Positions 10,447 to 24,049 of a stretch of 43,884 nt of DNA are shown piece by piece. Origin of the DNA: Octopus bimaculoides. Lineage: Eukaryota. The position numbers were made by a program, and so were the translations under genes. Each line of letters opens with the position of its first letter. The stretch's first letter is position 1. The DNA lies in NCBI RefSeq assembly GCF_001194135.2, contig NC_068987.1:65798098-65841981 (forward strand), in the 5' to 3' direction. Below the pieces are notes generated by a model. The model was not told the DNA's origin. It saw nothing but the letters and a program-made list of their open reading frames with translations, and did no database searches.

Positions 10447-12559
10447 TTTTATATTAGTCTGACTTCAGGATGTGAAGTGCTAGTCGAGTTGGGGAACTGT
10501 AGCCGCATCAAGGGGCGTTACGCCTTTGCTGAATAACAAACCGTATAACTAAACCAAACAAAGCCAAAGCTAGAAATTCAAATCAAGAAAATAAATATAA
10601 AATATCTTTGTGAAATGGTTTCACAGTATCTACGTACCTCATTCGCAACTATACCGATTCTGACCATTGCATATATAAACGTCTTGGTCAAGAGCAACCT
10701 GTAGGTTTAGTAAAAATATAAGAACTGTAGATATTCAGATTCGTAGTTTGATGTTCTCTAACTCAGTATGTTGTATTGGAATCAGTTAGCAAAGCTAGAA
10801 TTAAATACTTTCAAATCAGAAGAAACCGTAAGATAGGGACTTGCCACTTTTGTTAATCGAAGCGTTAACTAGATGGAAGAAAATTATAAGAGTATAATCT
10901 CTTGACCGTCACTTTTTTTTCTGCGGGAAGTATTGAGCAGTGACAGTTACCAAAATACTGAAATTGTTGGGAGAGAATCATACCACACATTATGTCTGTA
11001 ACTAAGTGAACTAAGCTAGAAATGAAGCATCATTCACAGTTATGATGTAGATCATCTATCGGGATACAAGTCACCGACGCTATCAGTTGATTTCTCGGTA
11101 TTCTATCACCGTCAACAATAAAGGCTTTATAGGAGTGGCGAATCTGTCAGAAGCATCAAAGAAATTTAGAACAAGTATATTTCAATCAACTTAAACAAGT
11201 AATTGATACATTGCATGATGTAATCCTAGATATGATCCTAAGAGGATTGGAACGCATATGTCGCGGTGGGAATGCATTTGATAAGTCAATTTGTCCTATC
11301 CTTGAACGAATCCTTAAATCCATCGGTTTGCAGAAGTATTTTATTTTATCGAATTCGGAAGAGTGGAAGGCAAAGTCGCCGTCGGCTAGATTTCAACTTA
11401 CAATGCATAAATCTGAACATTATGGAGTCAGGTGACATGTATTTTACCGGATTCTCTAACGATTTTGCCAAGTTTCTGCCCTTTAATGTTTTCTAGGATA
11501 ATGGTCAAAATTGCAGCCAGCTTCATTTATAATTTCCCAAATTAACAATGAAAGGAGATAATTCGAGCTAAAAGTTGCAAAAGCTTTTTTCGTAATGGTA
11601 AGTTGCATTATCAAAAATAAATAAATAAATGAAAATAGAAAATAATGTTTTTTTTGTTGCTTCTAAGTAGGTGATTCTTGCACTATATAAGAGAAAACAA
11701 ATTACATTATCCTGATTGGCCATTAACAGTCATGTGGAAACTATTATTGAATAGAATTCTGAGGTGTTTCTATTAACGTTATTTTCAATGTGATGTATTA
11801 TATTAATTATTTTCTTTAATGAAATCATTGTCAAAATCGGTTTCCAAGAAGGTGATAAAATAGCTTTTGTCACGGAAGTAAGGAATACAGGAAGTTTAAC
11901 GATATTATCCGAGTCTGAAATGGTAATATAAACTACAGAGTGATTTTATCTTAAATACATTATAGCAAGGAATAGTAACTAAAGAAAATAAAGTAATAAT
12001 GAAACATCCAATGTGTCTATATTTAAAACAGTATTATGTGATTTAAAGGAGATCTGTCTGCTATTTCTAGCTCGTCGAGCGACCGCGTTCATGCTTCATC
12101 GTTTTCTACCTCGTAGATTTCTTTTTCATTAGATCCAAAGAGAAATAGGAAGTAACGTAGGTTTTCTATAGATCAATGTAATTGAATGAACTTATTTTGG
12201 GGATAATAAACTTAGGAAGAGAAGTAAATAGAAAGTGATACACAAAAAGTGAGGGAAAATGCGATATCTAGATAGATAGAGGGACAAAGAAGGCGAGAGA
12301 AAGAGAGAGGGAGGAAGGAAAAAGGGAGCAATTGAATTGTTGTCCCTGACAAAGTATGAATGTGAGATCTCATATTTATTAAATTTATAATCATAATGCA
12401 GATAACCAGAGTGCGAAAGAAAATCAGGTGGGTGTCGGGCAGAAATGATTACAGCTGGATTTTTCAAAAGAGCGGAAACAGTTGTAGTAATGCTGGAAGA
12501 GAGATAAAGGAGATGCAACGAGATATCTTGATGGGCTTCTAGTTATAGAGTAGAGTTCT

Positions 12560-13108
12560 AACTGTTGACTCTTACCGTGAAATACTGAAGTGGCTCTGTG
12601 ATGATTTGTGCAGTCATAACTCATAATTCTGTAGTTGCTCCATCTAGGAGATTAATAAGTCAGGAAATACCTGAGTATTTTGGTTTATTTGATCATATCC
12701 ATCCTATGTTATACACAATGTTCGGTGATGGTAAAATAATCTTCCAGGACGATAATGCACTGATACACATGGCTAATTCTAATGTTATACAAAGTCGGTA
12801 CGAAGTACTCAAAATTGATTTACACTACATGGGTTAGATCTAAAATCACCAGATCTCAGTATAACCGGACATTTATAGGGCATTTTGGAGAGGGAAGTGA
12901 GCGTCTCTTCTCGCTGCCATTTTCGGTGAAAAATCTAAACTATCTTTTACTTGATGAATGGCTCAAAATACTCCTGACAACCGTTCAGAACCTGTACGAA
13001 TCTATGCATTGTTATATTAAAGCTGTGACTGATACCGAAGTTGGACTCCATATTATGTAATAAAACTTCCATTTAGTAATGTGTTTCCATTATTTTATCG
13101 CACTCTAT
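12560..13108 (+). mobile_element. Tc1-type (DD34E family) transposase C-terminal relic with a probable right end
   Basis: Translations: TVKY*SGSVMICAVI (TVKHGGGSVMVW-like), IFQDDNALIHMA (FQQDNAPxH-like), KSPDL (SPDLNPIE-like) and DEWLKI..TTVQNLYESMHCYIKAV (L.ESMPRR..AV-like). Confidence 0.85.
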
Positions 13109-13135
13109 ACGTTATTCATAATAAATGTAAAAATA

Positions 13136-13182
13136 CAGTAGTAACTCAGTTTCCGAACAACTCTGACCGCGAATAAATCATG

Positions 13183-13224
<42 letters not shown>

Positions 13225-13541
13225 NNNNNNNNNNNNNNNNNNNNNNNNNNNNNNNNNNNNNNNNNNNNNNNNNNNNNNNNNNNNNNNNNNNNNNNNNNNN
13301 NNNNNNNNNNNNNNNNNNNNNNNNNNNNNNNNNNNNNNNNNNNNNNNNNNNNNNNNNNNNNNNNNNNNNNNNNNNNNNNNNNNNNNNNNNNNNNNNNNNN
13401 NNNNNNNNNNNNNNNNNNNNNNNNNNNNNNNNNNNNNNNNNNNNNNNNNNNNNNNNNNNNNNNNNNNNNNNNNNATATATATACATGTATAAAGCACGAT
13501 TTATTCATGATTACAGGCGTTCGTAAACCGAGGTACTACTG
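13136..13541. mobile_element. Tigger/pogo-like MITE: TA-flanked ~53-bp inverted ends with a (TA)n interior spanning a gap (13225-13474)
   Basis: Left end is TA|CAGTAGTAACTCAGTTTCCGAAC. The reverse complement of the right end is TA|CAGTAGTACCTCGGTTTACGAAC. The 57-bp units (13132-13188 vs 13489-13545) differ at 11 positions. Confidence 0.75.
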
Positions 13542-13569
13542 TATTACATGAATATGAGAAAGATAAGAG

Positions 13570-13626
13570 ATAAAGTACGATTTATTCGTGATCAGAGTTA
13601 TTCGAAAACCGAAATTCTACTGTACT
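13570..13626 (-). mobile_element. Third (extra) copy of the same TIR-like unit
   Basis: Reverse complement reads TA|CAGTAGAATTTCGGTTTTCGAATAACTCTGATCACG, with 11 mismatches in 57 bp against the left unit. Confidence 0.75.
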
Positions 13627-14898
13627 TGATTTGCAGTAACTTAGAGTTCGATTGATTTAACTCTGTATCTAGCAGTGTGTTCTGTCAATCTCGTACATAG
13701 TTATCACTTTGTTGACCACTGGAAGGAAATAACGGGTAGGTCAAATTTTCCCCATAAATATAGCTACGTGTTATTCCAATCATCTAATAACATAAACGAA
13801 CACAGAACTATAGGCATCCATGCCACTTAATGTGTCAAGGCATATGTAAAGAAGATTCAAACGTTTTAATTGTGTAAGCAAAATTCAGTGACCTGTACCA
13901 CATGCTCAGTTAAAGATGGCCTTAATGCTTCAGGAAGAAATATGTATTTTCGATAAAAGAAACTCGTGAATACTTGTGACATTTATTGTTTTATCAAGCC
14001 AATTTATTCCTGTCGATTCAAATTTGGTAAGCGTTGTGTTAGAAGTTCGAACGCTTTCATAATTTAGTCTAATATGTGGACTTTCACCTATATTTCAATT
14101 TATTGAAATTTATTAGTGACCTGTACAAGGACCTTTATACGAAAACGTATATAAAACACTTTGTGTTAAGTGCGTTGGTCTTGTGCACAACATAGCATTG
14201 ATGATGTAATGCATACGACTATCAATACGATATTCTCATCAGCGTCATAAGCTGTGAGTGGTTTATTTCGTTAGGCAATATTAATGTAAACTAAGTGAAA
14301 TACTTCAAATAAGGAACGAAAATCAGGTTACAAAATCTCTAGCGCTGTTAGATTACCTTTGCTTAATATCTGAGCGAACAGAAAAAAAGAATGATTACAA
14401 TTGTTAATTAAATAGCAACAGTTCATTACGTATTTCCTATTTTGTTCTCAGTGTTTCGAATTTTATTGCTCTCAATAAAAATTATGAAAAAGGTTTTCAA
14501 TTAGACCAGCTTTTGAAGCTTTGTAGCTTCTAATAAAATGAATAAAATTGAGTCATGAACACTGGAAATTCTTTGAAAATGGATTTTAACTGAAATGTTC
14601 TACTGGAAATTGTAGCTTTTTCTCCTTAAACTTTTGGTTTTGAATTTTAGTATAGAAACATCATTGTGTGAACAGATCCCTGCTGAGAATCTAGCTATGC
14701 TTATGAGTGATAAAATAGTTATCTAAGGTGTATAGTGAAATATTTTAGTAAAACGTAATAGGTATAAGTATTTAAGGAGTACAATTTCTTGTAAGTCATA
14801 CTGCCTCATGGCCCCATCAGAAAAATAGAAAAGGCGCTGGCCTGAAGGATGTATAATCTTGTAGTTAGCTGATATATTTGAAGACATTGTTCAGAAGT

Positions 14899-14955
14899 AT
14901 CCATCCATTCACCCATCCATCCATCCATCCATCCATCCATCGATCCATCCATCCA

Positions 14956-14990
<35 letters not shown>

Positions 14991-15045
14991 ATAGACGTAT
15001 ATATACATATCTGTATTTGTGTGTGTTTGTATGTGTGTATGCAGA
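14899..15045. repeat. Compound microsatellite (CCAT)n(CT)n(CTAT)n(TG)n
   Basis: Directly visible. Confidence 0.9.
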
Positions 15046-15060
15046 CCATGCAGCAGATCA

Positions 15061-15136
15061 AGTATTTCTTGCTTTCTAGTAGTTCTTTATTTCTAGTATT
15101 TCTTGCCTTCTAGTATTTCTTCCTTTCTAGTATTTT
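15061..15136 (+). repeat. 17-bp minisatellite, ~4.5 copies (AGTATTTCTTGCTTTCT)
   Basis: Units read agtatttcttgctttct / agtagttctttatttct / agtatttcttgccttct / agtatttcttcctttct. Confidence 0.9.
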
Positions 15137-16699
15137 TTCAGAGATGGAAATTAACTTACAAAAATATTGAACAATATTTACATTAATGACCTAAGAGAAA
15201 ACAATAATTGACGAAAAGAAAAAAAGTCAAAGTAAAATAAAACTTGGCTTGGAGAAGTAATATGAAACATATATGTCTAACGTACTTTCTAATTAACCAT
15301 ACATGAAAAGCCTTGAACGGATATTTATATGGAGGATAAAATAATAGAAACATCTGGTTATAAAACAATGAAAAAGTTTACAGAATATAAGAAAATGAGA
15401 AGGAAAGAAAGACAGCAAGAAAGAAAGAAAAGGGAAGGCATTTCACATGGTTTACTTGCATCTTAAACTATTTAAATTAGAGTCAAATACATGAATGCTA
15501 AATTTCTCTAGGATTTATTACAATTTATTAGTATATCTGTCTGCTTGTCTGTCTGTCTCTCTGTCATATATTTGAGAAAATTCTGCGTATGTCAATGTTA
15601 TCTCGCCATTTCTGTCTTTGCATATAGTTGCTATCGATTGCTTCTAAGTTGACACCAAAGGCTTCAATCTTCTCTTACTGCCAACATCTTTCTATTATTA
15701 TCATCTCTTCCTTACTCTCGTCAATCTCTCCCACTTTTTTCCACTTCTCCGTCATTCTGTTTTTAATTCATTTTAATTAATTTAAGCGCGAAATAAAATT
15801 TTTTTATGCGAGTTAAAACTACAGCCACGAACAAATATAATTTTCCATTTTATTACCGATTCATGCATTAATTAAAATGAAATAAAAGTTAAATAGAAAT
15901 TTATGAAATATGACTTTAAATATAAGATGTAATTGCTAGGTAAAGAGGTGAAAAAAATATAGATGGAATACAAGCGTTACTAATCGAATTAAACTGCAAT
16001 AAGATATGAAAACGTAAACTAAAAAAAAAGAAGCGAAGGAAAAAGGTAGGTACGAGGAAGTGTAGAAAAGGTAGAAAGACGAGAAAGAATAACTAAATCA
16101 GAAATTACAGAATCGATTCTGAGCCCACTCTTTAATTTGAAATTGTCACTGAAAATGACCTTCTGAGAAGGATGCATAATGTTTTCATGCACCAAATTTC
16201 AATGAACGTGCTATCATATCATGAGTGGAGATATGCATGTGAAAAGAGACATCAAATCTGAAGTGCAATACAGTATTGACAGAAATGTAAACTGAGATAC
16301 AAAAATGATAAGATGTGCTGCAATAACCTTTTATTCATGTCAACAGTGAAAATGTCTATCATTCTCTAACACCATAGGCCTTGAATCACCTGCCTCTAAG
16401 TCAAAAACTCTTGCAGCAGTTTGCAGTGGAGAGGATTGCTAAGAGGAAATTTGGGAGACTGTGCTACATCTAAGATCATCAAAATAAGCTGAAAGTGACT
16501 CGAAAGGCAATCGATAATGATACAGATGGAGAGATAATGATACAGATGCTCAGGTGTGCATTATCCCCTTACGTTTTAATGCTAGCCCTCGATACATGTT
16601 GAAATGAAAATGAGATGCAGTGACATATATTTGGCATTTACACCGTCCAAAATTCTGAATTAACTTTGCCTGAAACACTAAATTGACAGAGGGTTCAAG

Positions 16700-18400
16700 A
16701 AGAAATGCTTCCATAACAAACACAATTTCACAGTCATGAAATCGCTGTTCGTGGGGAAAATAATCAGATTATAACCATTTCTTAAACATATCAAGAGTCA
16801 TATTACAGATGACTTAGATATGTTAAATTACCTACCAGAAAGGGTCGAGGAGGAAACAATCATAGTATCATTCGATGTGATTATTTAACAAATATCCAGA
16901 AGAAATATCAGAACGGACCAACAAAGACTTCATAATCGAATCAATTAAATTCATCCTCCAAAGCAACCGTTTTTTGTTTGACACCACTGTATATCGCCAA
17001 TCTCTGAAATTGCAATGGGAACCAGGGCAGCCCCGACTATTGCCAATCTAACAATGGGCTATTTAGAAATAACAATATATCAGGAGTCTGTTTCAATGTT
17101 TGGAAACACTTTCTCCCAATACATAAAGGAAAATTGGAAAAGATTTTTGGACGCTGCTTCATCCACTGGAATGAAAACATAGATAAGCTACTAGAGTTCA
17201 AAAACCTGTCAATAACATTAACACCAACATACAATTCACAATGCAACACAATCACAAGGAACTCCCATTCCTAGACATACTGATTAAAAAACTAAACAAA
17301 AACATAGAAGCAGACATTATTTACAAAACCACAGACGCTAAGCAATATATATTATTCAGTTCATGTCACCGGAGACACATCAAAATTAATATCCTCTTCA
17401 ATCTTACAAGAAGGATTTGCACCATAGTATCCAAAACAAATACCAGAGAACTAAGATTGCAAGAGCTTAAAAATGTACTCCAGGACAGGCACTACCCAAC
17501 TCAAATCATAAATGAAGGAATTAAACGTGCAAAATCGATTAATATTAAAACATTAAGAAAAGCCGAACACAACAACACATCTACCCTCAACGTACTATCT
17601 TATATCTCCACATATAACCACATAAACAAAGAAGCATTCTGTATTATCGTCCAAAATCTACCAATACTCGATAGGGACCCCAAACGTAAGGAGATTCTAT
17701 GTAACCATAAAAGTATCAAACAACCTAAAACACTGAAGTAAATTCTCACCAATGCCAAACTATTCTCTCAAACAACGCATGAGTCGTAAAGCGTTGTTGC
17801 TGTAATTGCGGAAAATGTCCCTATCTGTTGGAAGGATCGGAATTCCATTTCAGACAAGGAGAAATATTAATGATCAAATCTAACTTCACCTGCTCCTCCG
17901 AAAACCTCATCTACGTAATTAGATGATGCTCGGGCTGCCATCGTAATTATAGTAGATCAACAAGAAATTCGATCAGAAACGGATGTACGGTCCACAGACA
18001 ACAAATTTCCTCCCCACAATATCGACAAATATACCCCAGTCAACACATCAACGAATGTGAAGAACGATTACAACCACAATTCGAAATTTTCTCATTTTAT
18101 CAACTTGACGTCTGGATCTTAACGTAAGTAAGTCTGAATAAAGAAACCTCATTTATCCAAAAATATCAACCAGAATGAAATATGAAACCATATTAAAAAT
18201 AAAGGACTTACCCCATCCAATGGAAGATGTAAGCCAGAATAAAGCAGAGAATTTACAAAAAAATTTTAAAACTATAGATTTACTTCCCCTTTACTGCTAA
18301 ATAAATGATTGAAAAATTAGGTTCCCTAGCAATATATTTCCCTAGCAATTTTATCTCTGTTAACTCTCACTTTGATGAGCAATGCGAAACCGGTCCTTAT
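16700..18400 (+). mobile_element. Penelope-like retroelement (RT + GIY-YIG endonuclease), decayed; probably Neptune-like
   Basis: Frameshifted peptides in the expected order: PFLKHIKSHITDDLDMLNYLP..IIVSFDV; FILQSNRFLFD..YRQ; IAMGTRAAPTIANLTMGYLE; ENWKRFLD; IQFTMQ..KELPFLDILI..KTTDAKQYILFSSCHRRH (ORF 17241-17741); CNCGKCPYL; NFTCSSENLIYVIR*CSGC..NY; KETSFIQKYQPE. The Neptune assignment rests on the Cys-rich linker/endonuclease and is an inference. Confidence 0.9.
18372..18395 (+). ncRNA. Degenerate minimal hammerhead ribozyme motif at the PLE 3' end
   Basis: TTGATGA-GC-AAT-GC-GAAA-C-CG-GTC: the core has C3->U, stem II is 2 bp and stem III is palindromic (ACCGGT). Stem I does not pair. Confidence 0.55.
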
Positions 18401-19436
18401 TTCAATTATCTTGGAATAACAAAACCTTATTTTGTACAAAATTGTATATCTTTATTATAATGGCTGTAATATACTGTTAAATGCTGTAAAACAAATCTTC
18501 TGTGTTTTTTCATCTTATCTCTTTCGCTATTTATATCCCCTACGTGTTTCCCCACTAAAATATTTTCTATCTTATATATATAGATATATAGAGAGAGATT
18601 GTCCTACTTTCATAATGACGGATAAATTATTTATCGAAACTGCCTTTCTTGGAAATAGGAAAGGCTGAGATGATGTCTTAACATTTGTCAGTGCAATGAT
18701 AGAAACACTCATAATATCTTCAATCAATTACCTCAATCCCACCACTCCCAGCGAACGCCACCACCACAACTACCACCACCATCCCCCACGCAATAATATG
18801 AATGGACTATATGACGTAAGTTCCAGCTTCCATTGAGCTAAACCACTTTAAACCACTAGCTGCTGGCAAGGCAATATAATCCGTACAACATGTAATTTCT
18901 GATTATAAATCCTGCAAGTCATTCAGACAATTTATTCAAATTCACAGCTGGCTACAATTATCTTGTATTGTTAGAACATAATTCCTAAATATATATCCCG
19001 ATGTCAGTGAGTTAATCCACTTAAATCTTCAATGGAAGACAGTCCAAGTAATGGCAATAACATATAATTATTCTAACTGTTCAGATGTCACGTGTTAAGC
19101 ATATTAAATACAGAAATCCTGTGAGTATATTCACAAAAAAAAAACAAACAAACAAACAAGCATCCAGGTATGTTAGCTGACCATGAACTGAGAAAAATAT
19201 CTTAGTATCCGAAAAAAACCCCATTTTATTGGAAAATCCGATTATGTAACAATTATTATATTGAAATATTCTGCTCTAGACAGTACTAGTTGATAGACGA
19301 TATGAGTTTCATATGCCATGGGATCGCTGGAGCCACTTAAAACTTTAACTTTGTGTTCTTGTAGCAGAAGAAACGAGACAATTTCTGCCAAACATTGCCT
19401 GCCAGCGAAACACATGTCAATTATACAAAACCCACT

Positions 19437-19625
19437 AAGGCGGTGCTGGCGGAATCGTTAGAGCGTCGGACGAAAAATTTGCGCAATTTCTTCTAACTCA
19501 TTACATTATGAATTCAAATTCCGAAAAGGTTGACTTCATCTTTTATCCTTTCAGGGTTGATAACATAAGTGCTAGTCGAGGTACAGGGGTCAATGTAATT
19601 GACTACACCCATCCGCTAAGATTTC
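19437..19625 (+). mobile_element. SINE family A, diverged full-length copy
   Basis: AAGGCGGTGCTGGCGGAATCGTTAG head, GAATTCAAATTCC B-box-like motif, and GGGGTCAATGTAATTGAC body motif. Confidence 0.8.
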
Positions 19626-20545
19626 ATACCTATTTCTATGAGTACACTTCATTATTTACGTTGAAAATTCAAGTCAAGGAACGAGTCCTTATGCAATAGC
19701 TTCTTCTGTTAGAAATAATAACCATGTGTCTTCAAATGACTCCCTCCGTTTAAAATTAAGGTGGACACATTAAATAAAGAAGCTCTGGATTCATTATTTG
19801 TGAATAGATGGAATGAAAATAGCTGGAGCAGTTTTGAAAATATGTCCACTTGTCAGCTCATCCGGAAGAAAACAATATTACAACATGATCTGCAATTAAT
19901 TATACGACTAAATATCTGAGATGACTTAATTAAAGTTATGTAGAAAGCTTTTGTACCGTTAATTGTATTTTCTGCTCTTTTGTTTCTAAATTGTAACATT
20001 GCCTGCTGCCCTCTAATCGTTTCTGCTAATTGTCACATACCTCATGCAACGTAGTATGAGCTTACCAGGCCTGTAACCTTGATGGTTCGGAAATCAAAGC
20101 TGTTCTTTTTTATGCTACTTGTCATGTGTATATTGTTCAGGCCGAAATTGTACTCCCGAATCTACGAAATAGTGACCTGTCATTGGAAGGATATCTGTAT
20201 GAAATGGTAGCTCAGTATTGCCGCCCAGGTGGAGAAAATGGACATAACCGTAGCTAATTCAGTATCTGATGAGGAATATAGTACAAACATACCAGTAAAA
20301 ATGATACTATGTTCCACCAAAAGAATCCAGGATTAATTGCATTACAAATTTACCTGCATATTACCACGATGATTAGACCAAAGCAGGTCAGGAATCATTC
20401 TCAATTAACGACACAATGTGATTGGTAGTTCTGAATTGTAGGTCCTTCTGTTGCTACTCCGGGTATACAATCGATACCAATGTCTTCTTTATAACTTCTC
20501 TATATAACCCAATTGATTTTAGATTTCTATGGCAATTAGTGGAAT

Positions 20546-20614
20546 AACTGAGAGAAATACAGTATATAATATAATATATAATGACAAACTGAGAGAAATA
20601 CAGTATATAATATA
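20546..20614 (+). repeat. Perfect 28-bp direct duplication with a 13-bp spacer
   Basis: AACTGAGAGAAATACAGTATATAATATA at 20546-20573 and 20587-20614. Confidence 0.9.
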
Positions 20615-22110
20615 GCTTAATTTCGAAAAGTCTTCTTTTTTCTTCCAGACTTTGAAAATAGGGTCCGAAATATTAAATGAAAATGAAATTTAGTAAGAAC
20701 ACATCAAGACTGAAGTTGTTAATAACCAGAAGTTATAACTTCTAATTCTCTACATCAAATCACTGATCTATTAAAATATTGTTCATGCAACTAGTGAGAG
20801 ATATGCTCTAAGAAAGCTGATTGCTATTACCATTTTTATCTTAGATGCCTGATAATGTGACACTCCCAAATCAAGTATCACACCTAATGGGACATATGCT
20901 GGCTTATAAAGATTCGAGAAAAAATAAATTCTACAACAATATTCAGGTTTCCAGGAGCTCAGCAGTTCCACTTTTTATGATAAGGGCATTGAGGTTTTGC
21001 ATTGTGACACCCAAGAATTAGATAATATCACCGTCATTCACAGCAATGAATCATACCTCTTTACTCTGTCCTTTGCCATTTCTGTTAACACTCAACGCTA
21101 GGAGATGGCGGGACTCGGAAACCAGGCATTTACGCCTAGGGTCTTTGTTGATAAGTCTTTTCTTTAATAGTTTATATAGTTTAGAGTGTCACTTAGATTT
21201 AAATCCAATTCACTCTGCCATTATCAACATAATTTGAGAACACATCGTAATTACTCTTTTTCTTTTCTTTTTCTTTACAGTTCGCGCACTGAGTATAACA
21301 GTGAGTTGTATCTATGAACAAAAATGTTACCAAATTACAGATATGTGCTTTGGTTTGTAGAGGAATACTATGAAAGTCGTTGAGGTAAGCCAAACGTACA
21401 AATCAATTACTCAGCTAGAAATATTGAGAACGATGCTGGGGTGAAAGGTACACCTAAACTAAGAGATGACTATTATTTCCTTTGGATTTTGAGTTCAAAC
21501 TCCGTCATAATAAATGCTTTGCTATTTATATATCCATGGGAAAACGATTTAAAATAAAGAACAGAAAGAAGAAAACAAAACAAATACAGCCACCATGTAC
21601 TGAAGTTGATTAAACAGGCTGTATCATTTCCTTACAAAATTATGGCGGCATTGTGTCAATATAAGAAATCTCCATAGCAATCTAGAATATAAATTCAGAG
21701 GAAATTAGATAAAACCAAGAAGTGTTTTACAGATTAAAGAAAAATAAAAAAGAACTATAAATTATAGGAGAAATCTACAAGATATGTATCAAAGTTTATT
21801 TATATGCAACTGTTATATTTCTTTATTAATTCTGCTGTTTTTTTAAATATATTTTAGATAGACTTTTTTCCCAGAAGTAATTCAGAATAAAATATGAAGA
21901 AAAACTTGTATGGTTTCCAATATAAGATATTCAAATTGATTTTCTTTTCTCGAAATTTAAATACTCCAATCTTTATATTGCCAGATACATATATTTAATT
22001 TCTCTCTCTCACTCCCTCCCATTTGTGGTACTTCTCTTTTATTCATCTCTTTTATACACTCATTCTCTGTTTTTTTTTCACTAAATCATTACTTCACTAT
22101 TCATTTCACT

Positions 22111-22195
22111 CTCTCTGTCTCTCTCTGTCTCTCTGTCTGTCTCTCTCTGTCTGTCTCTGTCTCTCTGTCTCTCTCTGTATCTGTCTCTCTCTGTC

Positions 22196-22283
<88 letters not shown>

Positions 22284-22293
22284 GCTAGCTAGC
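22111..22293. repeat. (CT)n/(CTGT)n microsatellite
   Basis: Directly visible. Confidence 0.95.
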
Positions 22294-22339
22294 TAATGGA
22301 ATAGTGAAATAATATTGACAAATACAGTTCCTCTGCGGA

Positions 22340-22530
22340 CAAGCATCTTTGTAGCATTTATTTACGTCTAAGTTCAAATCCTGAGGAAGTCGGATTGCGA
22401 CGGCCCTGTGTCAATATCTGTTACTTATTTTATAGGTCCTACTGATATCAGAAAACTGTGTAACAGTTGAGACCTGGGGTCGATGTAATCGACGACAACC
22501 CTCACTTAAATATTGTAAGCTTTAAGTCAG
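22340..22530 (+). mobile_element. SINE family A, highly diverged copy
   Basis: AGTTCAAATCC B-box-like motif and CTGGGGTCGATGTAATCGAC body motif. Confidence 0.6.
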
Positions 22531-22954
22531 TATCTGTCTGTGCAGGATAAAAACAATCTCATTGGCAAGTGTAAATTGAAATGTATTTTCTGTTTTCAGT
22601 TGAAGGTATATTAATCCAGTTAAGCTTTTCTGGAGGTAAAAGTGTGACACTTCCTTAACAGAGGTGTTTTACTGTTTTCGTCAATCTAATTCCATTACAT
22701 CGATAGATAGAAAGATAGGTAGATAAAAAATAATGTATTCTATAATTTTAAAACCTGATATCACGATCATTAAGAAATTTCAAAAATTTTAGGTACTTTT
22801 AAATAAAGCAAAAACCTGTACACACTAGACGAGGACGTCTACATATAACACTTTATCAACTGCATTGTACTAAGGTACATGACATCTTACACAAATGTAC
22901 ATTATATACATAATTTACATTTGACGGATATTTGTCCCCATCTTGTTTGTTGTT

Positions 22955-23000
22955 AACACAACGTTTCGGCTGATATACACTCCAGCCTTCATCAGGTGTC
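22955..23000 (-). ncRNA. Minimal type I hammerhead ribozyme, structurally complete
   Basis: Minus strand: GACAC-CTGATGA-A-GGCTG-GAGTGTATAT-CAGCC-GAAA-CG-TT|GTGTT. Stem I is GACAC/GTGTT (one G-U), the core CUGAUGA...GAAA is intact, stem II is 5 bp and stem III is palindromic (ACGU). The predicted cleavage follows GUU, between 22960 and 22959. Confidence 0.85.
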
Positions 23001-23049
23001 TTGGGGAAATTTCGAACCTGTGTTCTCATTCCTAAAGTATTTTTCGATC

Positions 23050-23162
<113 letters not shown>

Positions 23163-24049
23163 GAACTGTATTATCTAACACAAATATCTACAATAACATT
23201 AACCACGAATCGAAATTAATGACCGTGAGAAGTGAAGATGTATTTGTAAATCTTTAAGGATACTCGGAAATCTTCGGCAGAAGCTCAAATGAATGTTTGA
23301 AAATCCTTGTAAACGTGGACCAGATTTTTTAGCAAATAAATTCCAGATGACATTAATGTAAAAATCATTAGACTAAGACAATAGAATTACCAACATTAGC
23401 GGTGGAGATAGATGCAAATTCAACCCAAATCGATGTTGTCAAATTTTATCCATCATTTCCAGGTACTATCATCACCAGTGGTTCAGAATTGCGAATGATA
23501 TATTGTGATAATAGCCATTGTGGTGTCAATGTAACCATTCACACCAAGAAGCCAGTGGCTTTTAAGTAGGGTTCCCCATAATTGTAGGACAGTTATGATG
23601 GTGGCACGGACTATTATCACGAAGCAGATGTTCCCGATCTCGTTGAATTAAACTGAATTAACTTAAATCTAGATTTGACAACTTGAACGGATGTGACACG
23701 CCTGTAATTTCAACTAACATAAAAAAGCACAAGAAAGATAAAATAAAGAAAGTTCTAATTAGCAATTTGGAGTAATCATGACTACATATAACAGAACGGT
23801 AGCTAATTTCCTACTTGTCACCTTACATCCCTCATAATTTTGACTCTTTCATTCCTGTATCTACGTAATATTTTCTTCAAATGAAACAGTTAATTCCGCA
23901 ACGAGGACCTAAATTCCGAGCGTTGCTTCGTTTTTGTCGTTATTGTAATATTGTGAGATGCGAGGACATCATTGAAATTCACCTACTCCTTCGAGTCTTG
24001 AACTTGACATATGATTCTGTGTTTTGTTTTTTCTTTGTTTACGATTCTT

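Noticed and set aside
20262-20293. CTGATGAG...CAAAC hammerhead-like motif
   Set aside because: There is no GAAA, no stem II pairing and no stem III/NUH in register.
20783-20971. ORF with PLGVILD..SFLRAYL, resembling the LINE RT C-terminal LGV motif
   Set aside because: A single short motif with no flanking RT motifs is too weak to call.
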